A stretch of DNA of 64,000 nt from a virus: the IMG/VR virus record IMGVR_UViG_3300025133_000024; one strand, 5' to 3'. The notes beneath the pieces are model-generated. The model saw nothing but the letters and a program-made list of their open reading frames with translations. It did no database searches and had not been told where the DNA came from. Positions 45,428 through 53,926 of this stretch are shown piece by piece. Each line of letters opens with the position of its first letter. Position 1 is the stretch's first letter. The translations under genes were made by a program, and so were the position numbers.

Positions 45428-45912
45428 TATTTCAACTCAACTCTCAAATTATTGTTCTTTTGAACGAAATTTTGCACTGCCGGAACCAATCCATACACAA
45501 CAGCCACCGTTATTGCCGCTCCACCAATAAAACCCAACGTTATCCATAATGGAACCAAATTAATTCCACTCCCCTTAACAGCCTTCTCCCTCAGAAACTT
45601 TATTTCCTTATTTTGGATATTCAAAAGACCTTTTAAGCGCTTCTCAGTATTTTTTTTGTTGTTTTTACACAATTCTAAAGCAAAGTTTCTATTAATCTTG
45701 ACATTGCTCTTTATATATTGAATTTCCAGGTTACATCTGTTTTTTTCGTTTATTTTGGCTTGTCTTAGTTTTAAAAGTGCTTCTGCGGTTAACAAATAAC
45801 CTGAGAAGGGGGCTTTTTTGTCTTTTTTTAGGACTGTAATTTTATTTGCGAAAACATTTTGTGAAAAACATATAATAAAGCAGAAACATAACATACGAAT
45901 TTTATTCAACAT
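45427..45912 (-). CDS. Putative spanin-like exported protein
   Basis: Signal peptide ending VFA, KAPFSGYLL motif, coiled coil, C-terminal TM helix; in the lysis cassette. Confidence 0.5.
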   Translation of the reverse strand: MLNKIRMLCFCFIICFSQNVFANKITVLKKDKKAPFSGYLLTAEALLKLRQAKINEKNRCNLEIQYIKSNVKINRNFALELCKNNKKNTEKRLKGLLNIQNKEIKFLREKAVKGSGINLVPLWITLGFIGGAAITVAVVYGLVPAVQNFVQKNNNLRVELK

Positions 45913-46288
45913 GTTCTAATCCAAATTCTTTAGCTATTTCTTTAGACAATTTCTTTTCATTGTCTTTATATTTCTTAATCATCTTCTTTAATTTCTTTTT
46001 TTCTTTTGCCTTTAAAGTTTTCTTCTCCTTTTTATACTTCTCCTCCACATCCTTCCTTATCTTATCATACTTTTTCCTGATTTCTTCCCTTTCAACCTTT
46101 TCTCTCTCATTTGATTCATTAATTGATTTTATTTGCTTCTCATAAGACTCAGAAGCCTTGGAAAGAATTTCTTGGAGTCTACCCTTCCTTCTAAAAATAG
46201 ACAGTGTGACGACGCCAACAACCACCAAGAGGAGGATGGTGAGGATTGGCTTCCAATATGTCTTTATCCAAATCCATAATTTTTTCAT
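45902..46288 (-). CDS. Putative i-spanin
   Basis: N-terminal TM helix (ILTILLLVVVGVVTLSIF) followed by a charged coiled coil. Confidence 0.55.
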   Translation of the reverse strand: MKKLWIWIKTYWKPILTILLLVVVGVVTLSIFRRKGRLQEILSKASESYEKQIKSINESNEREKVEREEIRKKYDKIRKDVEEKYKKEKKTLKAKEKKKLKKMIKKYKDNEKKLSKEIAKEFGLEHVE

Positions 46289-46650
46289 TTTGTTCCTCCA
46301 AATGATGTTGGTCTGTCTTTTGATGTGTCTTTTTCTTGGCTTGGGTCTTTTTTGATTTCTTTTACTGTTTTGTTTTCAGAATTGTTGTTTTTGTTTGTGT
46401 TGGGTGAGACATTTTGCAAGACATTTGTTATCGTGGATGATTTGTTGCCTTTTATTGCTGTAAAAATGTCAACAACGGCTTGACCACCAATATAAATTGC
46501 GGTGATAATGACCCAATCCTCAGATTTTAAGATAAGAAATTTTGTGAATGCACTTATCAACAACAAAGTGGTCGCAACCACCCAAGCAAGAAATTTACGG
46601 GATATTACTCTTTCTACACATTTATCAAAAAAATGTCTTTTTCTGGACAT
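46285..46650 (-). CDS. Putative holin
   Basis: SRKFLAWVVATTLLLI and DWVIITAIYIGGQAVVD TM segments with a charged C-terminal tail. Confidence 0.65.
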   Translation of the reverse strand: MSRKRHFFDKCVERVISRKFLAWVVATTLLLISAFTKFLILKSEDWVIITAIYIGGQAVVDIFTAIKGNKSSTITNVLQNVSPNTNKNNNSENKTVKEIKKDPSQEKDTSKDRPTSFGGTK

Positions 46651-46676
46651 AATTGTTTTCCTTTTGTGAACAATTG

Positions 46677-46683
46677 TAAATAG
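46677..46683 (-). promoter_or_regulatory. Late-promoter-like motif CTATTTA upstream of the lysis/packaging/head operon
   Basis: Recurrent motif immediately after a terminator. Confidence 0.6.
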
Positions 46684-46688
46684 ACAAT

Positions 46689-46720
46689 AAAAAAGGGATT
46701 CTGATTAATCAGAATCCCTT
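46689..46720 (-). terminator. Terminator of the replication operon
   Basis: 28-nt perfect palindrome AAGGGATTCTGATTAATCAGAATCCCTT followed by a U-tract. Confidence 0.85.
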
Positions 46721-46743
46721 CAAGACACCTATTCAATTTTGTT

Positions 46744-46926
46744 TTAATATTTTAACAAAGCTTTGTAGCCAACTCCAGCAATTTCACTATGAAACTCTAT
46801 ATTCCACTTGCCATTCCATCTCCAGAAGACGCAACCAGGAGAAAGATTTAGAATTATTGAATTTATTGCAGTTATTATCACATCACCTTTATTTATTGCT
46901 TCAAGTTGAACTCTTTTATTCATCAT
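46744..46926 (-). CDS. KxGD-family microprotein
   Basis: INKGDVIIT...; overlaps the upstream stop. Confidence 0.55.
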   Translation of the reverse strand: MMNKRVQLEAINKGDVIITAINSIILNLSPGCVFWRWNGKWNIEFHSEIAGVGYKALLKY

Positions 46927-47128
46927 AATAAAACCTCACACATTCTCTAGTATTGCGATGAAAACAAAGAGATAAAGTTTCAAGTTGAAAATACCAGAAT
47001 TGACCCTGGTATCTTTTATTTTCATTTAACAAAATATAAGCATGTCTGGAATCTTCCGAAATAACCAAATCTCCCTTTTTACCACCAGACATGAGGAAAT
47101 TTGAATGTCGTTTCGATGCATGACTCAT
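46916..47128 (-). CDS. KxGD-family microprotein
   Basis: KKGDLVISEDSRHAYILL. Confidence 0.6.
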   Translation of the reverse strand: MSHASKRHSNFLMSGGKKGDLVISEDSRHAYILLNENKRYQGQFWYFQLETLSLCFHRNTRECVRFYYDE

Positions 47129-47131
47129 TGT

Positions 47132-47365
47132 TTAACCCCTTTTATCTTTGTTTCGATATGTTTTTAGTTCATAATCTCTATAAGCAAAGCAGCGATGACT
47201 AGAATTATTTCCAAAATTTAGCAATTTTATTTTGCCATCATAATAATGCAAAGAAATTAAATTCGTGGTGTCATCTTTACCTGCTGTGTTATCAACAGCA
47301 AGATAAAGCTGTGTTAGGGGCGATATAATCAAGTCTCCCCTTTCAATATCTTTTCTTCTAATCAT
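47132..47365 (-). CDS. KxGD-family microprotein
   Basis: ERGDLIISPLTQLYL...LKTYRNK. Confidence 0.6.
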   Translation of the reverse strand: MIRRKDIERGDLIISPLTQLYLAVDNTAGKDDTTNLISLHYYDGKIKLLNFGNNSSHRCFAYRDYELKTYRNKDKRG

Positions 47366-50300
47366 TATATGTTCACCTTTGCATATCCATCATTATTATC
47401 AATTTCTAAAATCACATCAACAATGTCTTTTAAGCCATCCATATGGCTAATCAAAAATATTGTTTTGAAATAACTCTTCAAAACATCTAAAATTCTAACA
47501 AACCCTTCTAGGTTTTTTTCATCGAAGTTAACTCCTGGTTCATCCAAAATAAAAATGTTACTTTTGGGCTTCTGAGAGACATTCAAAAGAGATAAACGAA
47601 TAACAAGGTCAGCAAATGCTTTTTCCGCTCCTCCTGCTCCCTCAATTGGACGATAATCATATTTTGGGTGTTTGATATAACACTGAAACTTACCACCCTC
47701 AGAATCAAGATATATAGAAAATTCTACAATTTCATGTAGAATTTTGGCAATTTCATCATTGATGAGAGGGATTTGTTTGTTGATTACATAAGATGGAATT
47801 CCATTAGGGTGATAAGCCTTTGTCAACAAAGAATAATACTGTAATTGAGAATAATATTCTGAGAAGTCTAGTTTTTCTTGCTTTAAAGTTTCTAGTTGTT
47901 GTTGAAAGGAGCCATTTTCCTTTATTAGCGAAATATACTTTGCCTCACAAGAAACAAATTCTTTTGACATGACATCAATTTGTTTTTTTATTTCTTTGTG
48001 AATTTCATGATGGTGATGTGAATTTTCATATAACTCCTTGTTATCATTATAAAAATCAATTTGCTCCTGGATTGACTCTTGTTCTTGTAATAGAGAATCA
48101 AATTCGGATTTTAATTTGTTTACTTTTAATTCAGATTTATAAACTGTTGATTCTAGTTTAAGTTTGTTGTTTTTAAGAGTTTGATGTTCTTTTATTTCAT
48201 TTTTAATTTTTTCTCTTAGGTCTTTATATGGAGTTTGTTGTAGACTTTCCTTTTTGAGTTTAAGTTCCTGAAGTAAATCTCGAATGATGTTGATTTCTTC
48301 TTTGATTTCCCAAGCATCTTTGATAAACTTACATTGAGGATATGTGTCACCACATGGAACTTCCTTTAAAAGTTTTACTTGTTTCTGTTTTAACTTGAAA
48401 TTAAGATTCTTTTGTTTATATTCAATCTTAATTTGTTCTAATTCTCTAACTTTATCATCCAATAAAGAATGCTCTTGTTCTTTTTCCAAAACATTAACAA
48501 TCTTCAGCTGCTTGTCTTGACATTCCAAAAGAACTTTAGATTGGCTTAAAGTTAACTCCTGTTTTTTTATTCTTTGGCTGTTTTTTTGAATTTTATTGTT
48601 AATGTTCTCCAAATCCAACTTCAAACTTAATAAAGACAAAGGCTTAATCTTTAGAGTTTCAATCTTTTCCTGTATTCTCTCTAGTTGTTCTTTAAAGATT
48701 GCAATTTTCTGTTTATATTGCTCACAATGAGTTTTCTGAAGTTTTCCAAGATCTTCATTTTCCTGAAGGAGTTGTTCTAACTCTAAAATTTTCACCGAGA
48801 AGTGGCTTTCTGTTTTGTCGCCAATTAAGATTTCGAACTTTTTCTTTTGTTCTTTGGCAATTTCATGTTTCTTTTCAAAAACGTCCAACCCAAGAAACCT
48901 TGCAATGGCCTGTTTTCTTTTTGTTGGCCCACAATCAATAAAATTAACAAAATTATCTTGTGACATCATAGATGACATTAGAAAACTATCCAAGTCACCA
49001 ATGTATTTTTGAATCTCTAAATCTGTTAAGGAGCGTGACTCTTTTGTTTGGTTCTGTAAGTTGCCATTTTCATCCTCAATAAAGAAATCACACGTAATCT
49101 TGGCCTCCTCAGTCACATTTCCCTTTAAATTCTTCAAATACTTTTTAATGTCTCTTTTAATATGAAGAATTTTGTTTCCCAATCTCAACTTTATAGAGCT
49201 TACTGCATAATCTTTATTCTGATTTACATAGTGAACGTTCTTTCTTGAGGGTTTTGAATCAGAGTTAAACAAGGAAAACAATAAAGAACCAAAGATTGAT
49301 GATTTTCCTAAGCCATTCTTCCCAAGAATACCAACAATACCTTCCAAATTAGAAAAGTCAATCTGATTTGACTCTCCATAATTGTATAGATTATCCCATT
49401 CAAGTTCAAGCAACTCCCAAGTAACACCATGAAATGTCTTATTGCTAACTGCATCAGAATTTAATTGATTGTTTAGCTTGAATAGTTTTTGCAGTTCCAT
49501 TTCAGGTAAGTTATATCCCTCAAAATACTCTCTTATAAGTTGGTTTTGAGTTTGGACATCTCTAATATTACCTAAAACATAATTTGTATCTTTTTCTTGA
49601 TGTTTCTTGTTTCCTTTGTTCACAAAAGATACAAATTCTGGTGAAAACCTATCCTGAACAATTGAGGAGATTTTTTTGATATAATCTGGAGATAGGGAGA
49701 TGTTTGAAATGATTCTTATTTTTGAACTAGATTTGATGTTTAAATTACTTGGTAAAGTTCCATCATCATTAAGTTCTATCGTTACAAATGGCTTTATATT
49801 TGGGATGATAACCTGTTCGACACTAAAAGCATCTTTGCCTTCAATTGTCCAAATCAAAAAACCTTTATCGTCAGTTTCTCCAAAGTTTTGCTGAATTGTC
49901 GAACCAGCATATCTAATTTTGCCATCCACATCCATCGCTTGATTTGATTTATGAATATCACCCAAAAGAGCATAATCAAAACCCTGAAAGCTATCCACAT
50001 TCAGGTCAGAACTGTGCTTTATTTGATAATTACTGTCTGTTTTACTTCCCCAGACTGCACCATGATACAAACAAATATTGATTTCATCTGTGTTAACAGG
50101 ATATTGCCAATTGTTTGTATCAAACAAGGACCAAGTGAAAATATTGACGCCTTTATGTCTGTAAACAACAGAATCACGAGAATAATGAATTTTATTGCTC
50201 CCAAGAGCCTCTATAACAGGAGAAATAGCATCAAGCCTATCAAGGTTCCTTAGGATTCCATCATGATTCCCAGGAAGAATGTACAATGGTGCAATATCAG

Positions 50301-50505
50301 ACAACTTCTTAAAGAAATCTGTACATAAAGAAAAATATTCAGGTGACAATTGAGTCTTTGTATGAGCAATATCGCCCGTATGAATTATAATATCAATATT
50401 CGATTGTCTTAACTTTTCATAAATTTTCTCAAAAATAATTTTATATTCAACATGATATTTTTGATTCCGAATATGTGTGTCAGAAATATGAGCAATTTTT
50501 AACAT
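47365..50505 (-). CDS. Fused Mre11/SbcD phosphoesterase - Rad50/SbcC ATPase (T4 gp47-gp46-like)
   Basis: HISDTH, TGDIAH, GNHD, LGDIH; Walker A GKNGLGKSS; long coiled coil with a central Cys pair; GAGGAEK, ILDEP, ISHM. Confidence 0.92.
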   Translation of the reverse strand: MLKIAHISDTHIRNQKYHVEYKIIFEKIYEKLRQSNIDIIIHTGDIAHTKTQLSPEYFSLCTDFFKKLSDIAPLYILPGNHDGILRNLDRLDAISPVIEALGSNKIHYSRDSVVYRHKGVNIFTWSLFDTNNWQYPVNTDEINICLYHGAVWGSKTDSNYQIKHSSDLNVDSFQGFDYALLGDIHKSNQAMDVDGKIRYAGSTIQQNFGETDDKGFLIWTIEGKDAFSVEQVIIPNIKPFVTIELNDDGTLPSNLNIKSSSKIRIISNISLSPDYIKKISSIVQDRFSPEFVSFVNKGNKKHQEKDTNYVLGNIRDVQTQNQLIREYFEGYNLPEMELQKLFKLNNQLNSDAVSNKTFHGVTWELLELEWDNLYNYGESNQIDFSNLEGIVGILGKNGLGKSSIFGSLLFSLFNSDSKPSRKNVHYVNQNKDYAVSSIKLRLGNKILHIKRDIKKYLKNLKGNVTEEAKITCDFFIEDENGNLQNQTKESRSLTDLEIQKYIGDLDSFLMSSMMSQDNFVNFIDCGPTKRKQAIARFLGLDVFEKKHEIAKEQKKKFEILIGDKTESHFSVKILELEQLLQENEDLGKLQKTHCEQYKQKIAIFKEQLERIQEKIETLKIKPLSLLSLKLDLENINNKIQKNSQRIKKQELTLSQSKVLLECQDKQLKIVNVLEKEQEHSLLDDKVRELEQIKIEYKQKNLNFKLKQKQVKLLKEVPCGDTYPQCKFIKDAWEIKEEINIIRDLLQELKLKKESLQQTPYKDLREKIKNEIKEHQTLKNNKLKLESTVYKSELKVNKLKSEFDSLLQEQESIQEQIDFYNDNKELYENSHHHHEIHKEIKKQIDVMSKEFVSCEAKYISLIKENGSFQQQLETLKQEKLDFSEYYSQLQYYSLLTKAYHPNGIPSYVINKQIPLINDEIAKILHEIVEFSIYLDSEGGKFQCYIKHPKYDYRPIEGAGGAEKAFADLVIRLSLLNVSQKPKSNIFILDEPGVNFDEKNLEGFVRILDVLKSYFKTIFLISHMDGLKDIVDVILEIDNNDGYAKVNI

Positions 50506-50520
50506 ACTTTCCCTATCATT

Positions 50521-50709
50521 TTAATAAGTTAATTTTTGGTAACATGAATTATTAAACTTTTCTTCTCTTGCTTCGTTTAAGTGGCATATAAAAAGGCCAA
50601 CAAATAAATATTCAAGTTTTTCGCCTCTTTTCAAAACAATTCTACAACTTCCCCATTCCGAAAGAATTAAATCACCTTTTCTGAACTTGGAGTCTGGCAA
50701 ACAATTCAT
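50521..50709 (-). CDS. KxGD-family microprotein
   Basis: FRKGDLILSEWG...QKLTY. Confidence 0.6.
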   Translation of the reverse strand: MNCLPDSKFRKGDLILSEWGSCRIVLKRGEKLEYLFVGLFICHLNEAREEKFNNSCYQKLTY

Positions 50710-50720
50710 TAGATTATTCC

Positions 50721-51662
50721 TTATATGTTCATTATTGAAAATAAAGTTACAATATTATCTGGAGTTATGAATTCGGCTTGTTTTTTTCTTTTATCGAAAA
50801 TGTTTTTGGGAATTTCCCCCACATCCTTAAAGCCCCTTGTATCCACCAAATAAACACACAAACCATAAGACAAAAACAATTGCAACATCTTCAATGTTTT
50901 GTGTTTCGCATCCTTATCCAACGCAACATAAACACAAGTTCCATTCTCAGCCATCTTATCTAATAAAACACTTTTTTGTGTCAAAGATGAGCCCAACAAA
51001 GGAACACAATTTTCTTTGTCCCAAAAATCAAACACACCTTCAACCAACAAAACGTCCTTTCTCCAATCCAAATCTAATTCACAGAAAACAATGTTCTTTG
51101 ATATTTTTGGGTTTTTGTATGTTGGGAAGCCACTTTTTTTGAATGTCCTTGCGACAAAATAATTTAAGCTTCCATTTTCGTCAAAAGAAGGAAAAATGAT
51201 TCTATCTTTGTAATAACCAGATAAACAACATCCAATTCTCCATCTTATTATATCATACCTTGTTAGCCCACGTCCAATCAAATATTGCTGAGCTTGAACA
51301 TATTCTGGACCCTTTAATTTAGATAACGAAACAAACTCTTTTGGTAACTCAACCTTTGTTTCAATCTTTTGCTTCTCTTGTTTCCCAAAAAAGATAACCT
51401 CGAAATCTGTTATATCTTCTTGATTCGTTATCTCCAGCCATTGCTGCTGAACTGAGAATGTTCCAAACTTTTTCACAAGATAATATAAATTATTACCTCT
51501 TGCTTCACATATCCAACATTTATACTTTCCTTTTTGGAAGTTAATTGACAACTTTGGTCTATGATGCATATCTGGACAAAAATCGCACCAAAACAAGTAC
51601 TCTTGACCCTGTTTTTGTCCAAACTTCATTATCTGTTTCAATATGTCTAATTGCTGAATCAT
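50721..51662 (-). CDS. DNA primase (DnaG/gp61-like)
   Basis: Zn domain CDFC..HH..CWIC; RIIFP, YKNP; TOPRIM VEGVFD and LDKDA. Confidence 0.88.
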   Translation of the reverse strand: MIQQLDILKQIMKFGQKQGQEYLFWCDFCPDMHHRPKLSINFQKGKYKCWICEARGNNLYYLVKKFGTFSVQQQWLEITNQEDITDFEVIFFGKQEKQKIETKVELPKEFVSLSKLKGPEYVQAQQYLIGRGLTRYDIIRWRIGCCLSGYYKDRIIFPSFDENGSLNYFVARTFKKSGFPTYKNPKISKNIVFCELDLDWRKDVLLVEGVFDFWDKENCVPLLGSSLTQKSVLLDKMAENGTCVYVALDKDAKHKTLKMLQLFLSYGLCVYLVDTRGFKDVGEIPKNIFDKRKKQAEFITPDNIVTLFSIMNI

Positions 51663-51663
51663 T

Positions 51664-51870
51664 TCAATGTATTTTTAGACCTTCTTTGTAAACTTCCCGA
51701 CTAGGAGATATTAAAAACTTATCAAACTTTTCTGGTTTTTCTGAAAGCGTAAAAAAGAAATTATCTGGAGGATAGTTTGAAATAAAAAGTTCATATCCAG
51801 GTTGTAATTGAAGAATAAGGTTTGCTCCATTTGTGGAGATACATCCATATTCAATATCACCTATTTTCAT
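51664..51870 (-). CDS. KxGD-family microprotein (start reassigned to MKIGDIEY)
   Basis: GGAG SD supplied by the SYGDK codons of the upstream microprotein. Confidence 0.65.
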   Translation of the reverse strand: MKIGDIEYGCISTNGANLILQLQPGYELFISNYPPDNFFFTLSEKPEKFDKFLISPSREVYKEGLKIH

Positions 51871-52036
51871 TTTTATCTCCATAGCTTCGAGTATTTCTGA
51901 GAGGATAGGAGCAAAAGTTATCACCCTCTATTTTTACATCATGTTCTTTTGTCCAAAGAAGAAAGCATATTTTGTCACCCAAATGTATAGAGAGATAATT
52001 TTCGCCTTCACCAAGCTCCAATGTTCCTTTTTTCAT
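51857..52036 (-). CDS. KxGD-family microprotein missed by the ORF track (59 aa)
   Basis: Hand translation MKKGTLELGEGENYLSIHLGDKICFLLWTKEHDVKIEGDNFCSYPLRNTRSYGDKNENR*. Confidence 0.7.
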   Translation of the reverse strand: MKKGTLELGEGENYLSIHLGDKICFLLWTKEHDVKIEGDNFCSYPLRNTRSYGDKNENR

Positions 52037-52057
52037 GTATCACCAAGTTTTGTTAAG

Positions 52058-52570
52058 TTAGGAGGAAAGATATGATTTCGCTATGACAATAGCATCAGCC
52101 ATATCATAAAATTTCGGTTTTGGATTACCTTTATGGGTAAGTTCAACATCTAAAAAGTTATTATCAATCATATATTGAAGAACAACTTTTTTAGAATCAG
52201 ATTTTTTGGGAATTTTTATTCCAACTTTTTTTCTTGCAGAAGTAGAAAAGATATAAGTTGGTTTAATATTGAAGATTTGATAACACATCCAGCTAACAAC
52301 TCCATTAAAAGAAGATGCCACGGATAATGTTTTTGCTGAGGAGAATCCCTTTTTAAAGGATAGATTCTTTTTTTCTATTACTATTTTTGTTATGTTGTTG
52401 TTTTTTCGAAGTTTTAATAGATAGTCATATACATATTGTTCCTTTTCAAAAATGTCCGTATATTTGTTTTTGTTTCTTAGGTCAATTGCGTCAACTAATT
52501 CAATTTCATCCTTTAAATTTAGTACACAAACGCCCGCTATTGAGGTGGATAAGTCCAGGCCGAGAATCAT
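52058..52570 (-). CDS. ruvC: RuvC-like Holliday junction resolvase
   Basis: ILGLDLST, IVIE, DMADAIVIA catalytic acids; AGGAG SD. Confidence 0.85.
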   Translation of the reverse strand: MILGLDLSTSIAGVCVLNLKDEIELVDAIDLRNKNKYTDIFEKEQYVYDYLLKLRKNNNITKIVIEKKNLSFKKGFSSAKTLSVASSFNGVVSWMCYQIFNIKPTYIFSTSARKKVGIKIPKKSDSKKVVLQYMIDNNFLDVELTHKGNPKPKFYDMADAIVIAKSYLSS

Positions 52571-52590
52571 GAGGGTTTTCTCCTGGGAAC

Positions 52591-52619
52591 ATTATAGCCA
52601 TTACTCTACTGAATGTCAA
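52591..52619 (-). promoter_or_regulatory. Perfect sigma70 consensus promoter for the resolvase-primase-Mre11/Rad50 operon
   Basis: TTGACA (52614-52619), 17 nt, TATAAT (52591-52596); the -35 box lies in the last codons of the upstream structural gene. Confidence 0.9.
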
Positions 52620-53829
52620 GCTTCAGGCGCAAAGAAAATGAGTTGTTTTTCGTCTTTTTTAATGGAGTTGCTAGTTTAGCAATACCAATTAAATTTTTAT
52701 CTTTATCGTAAATTCCAACCTCAGACAAATACGTAATCTTCTCAAAAGAGCCTGTAGGGGAAACAAAAGAACTTGATACCAAATTTACAATCTTTTTGTT
52801 TGATTGTTCCTGAAAAAGGTTTCTCGTAACAATATCACTTTGAATTGAACCGGAACGAATATATGTCAAGTTGTTGGAATGATTTAATTCATTCTTGCTA
52901 GCATGTGCCATCATATTTAACACCTCAATTGTATTTTCACCCTTGAAGTTTAATTCATATGAAGTGTTTTGAGTTGAGTTCCCAGATAAAGAAGAGCCAA
53001 AATAAACCCATTTCGGGGTAGTTGCTCCTGTTCCAACATAATCTTCAGTGTGAGCAGAATTAATGGTTTCTGTTCCGCTTAAAATTATTGTTCCCTCATT
53101 ATATAACACAATTCCATTAATTGTTCCACTGTTTTGAGAACCATATGTCTGAACAAGCTCTCCATTTTTGTTAATATCCTGCAACTCAGAAACCAATGTT
53201 CCTGTGATAATTTGTCTTAAAAGAACAGAACCCTTCTTTATCCTATTCCCATAAAAAATCTTGGGAATATCTACCAAGCATAACTCAACAACATTAAAAT
53301 CTCTCGAATATAAAGTTGAATTGTATTGATAGTGAGGACTCAACACAGAATAATAATCAGTGATATTTTTTAAGGCGTCAATATAAGAAGATGTTCTATT
53401 TGAATTGTTACTATAATGATGCACAGAAATACTTGCAGACATAGGGTAACTTGAAGTTATCTGAGGGAGGATAAAATTGCCTTGTGAATCAATCGTTGGC
53501 TTTTTAGAGAAAAAAGAAGCTGAAGATACTGTCTTGAATGTAGAGTCATAAGCATTGTTTGATTTCTCTGTAAAAGGAAAAATCAAGTGTTTTTGTCCGG
53601 TTTGTGTGTCTGCATTGTAAGTGTGCATCAATGGACTTCTGTCAATGTTTAGTTCATGTAAACTTATATATCCTGGCGGAATATTTCCAATATTTCCTGT
53701 TAATGTTCCGCTAATAATTGGATTGTTGTTGTAATACATTGAACCTTCATAGATAAAGAAGTTACTCTCAGGATATGTCTTTATTCTATGTCTTAAAACA
53801 TCATTATTTTCAAATTTATATAAACTCAT
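52606..53829 (-). CDS. Baseplate/tail structural protein (start reassigned to MSLYKF)
   Basis: IPKIFYGNRIKKGSV, GIVLYNEG, VGIYDKDKNLIGIAKLATPLKK; paralogous C-terminus with 53927..55006. Confidence 0.65.
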   Translation of the reverse strand: MSLYKFENNDVLRHRIKTYPESNFFIYEGSMYYNNNPIISGTLTGNIGNIPPGYISLHELNIDRSPLMHTYNADTQTGQKHLIFPFTEKSNNAYDSTFKTVSSASFFSKKPTIDSQGNFILPQITSSYPMSASISVHHYSNNSNRTSSYIDALKNITDYYSVLSPHYQYNSTLYSRDFNVVELCLVDIPKIFYGNRIKKGSVLLRQIITGTLVSELQDINKNGELVQTYGSQNSGTINGIVLYNEGTIILSGTETINSAHTEDYVGTGATTPKWVYFGSSLSGNSTQNTSYELNFKGENTIEVLNMMAHASKNELNHSNNLTYIRSGSIQSDIVTRNLFQEQSNKKIVNLVSSSFVSPTGSFEKITYLSEVGIYDKDKNLIGIAKLATPLKKTKNNSFSLRLKLDIQ

Positions 53830-53869
53830 TTTTATCTTCCATATAAAAAAACCTTTTATTTCCTTCCTA

Positions 53870-53876
53870 TAAATAG
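53870..53876 (-). promoter_or_regulatory. Late-promoter-like motif CTATTTA
   Basis: Recurrent motif 41 nt before the reassigned start at 53829. Confidence 0.55.
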
Positions 53877-53926
53877 GAGTTCCATAAAAGGTCATATGAT
53901 TTCTTTATTTGTTCTAAAAATAAAGA

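Noticed and set aside
53868-53875. Exact T4 late promoter TATAAATA on the plus strand driving antisense RNA
   Set aside because: There is no plus-strand gene to serve; the site is better explained as one of the minus-strand CTATTTA motifs.
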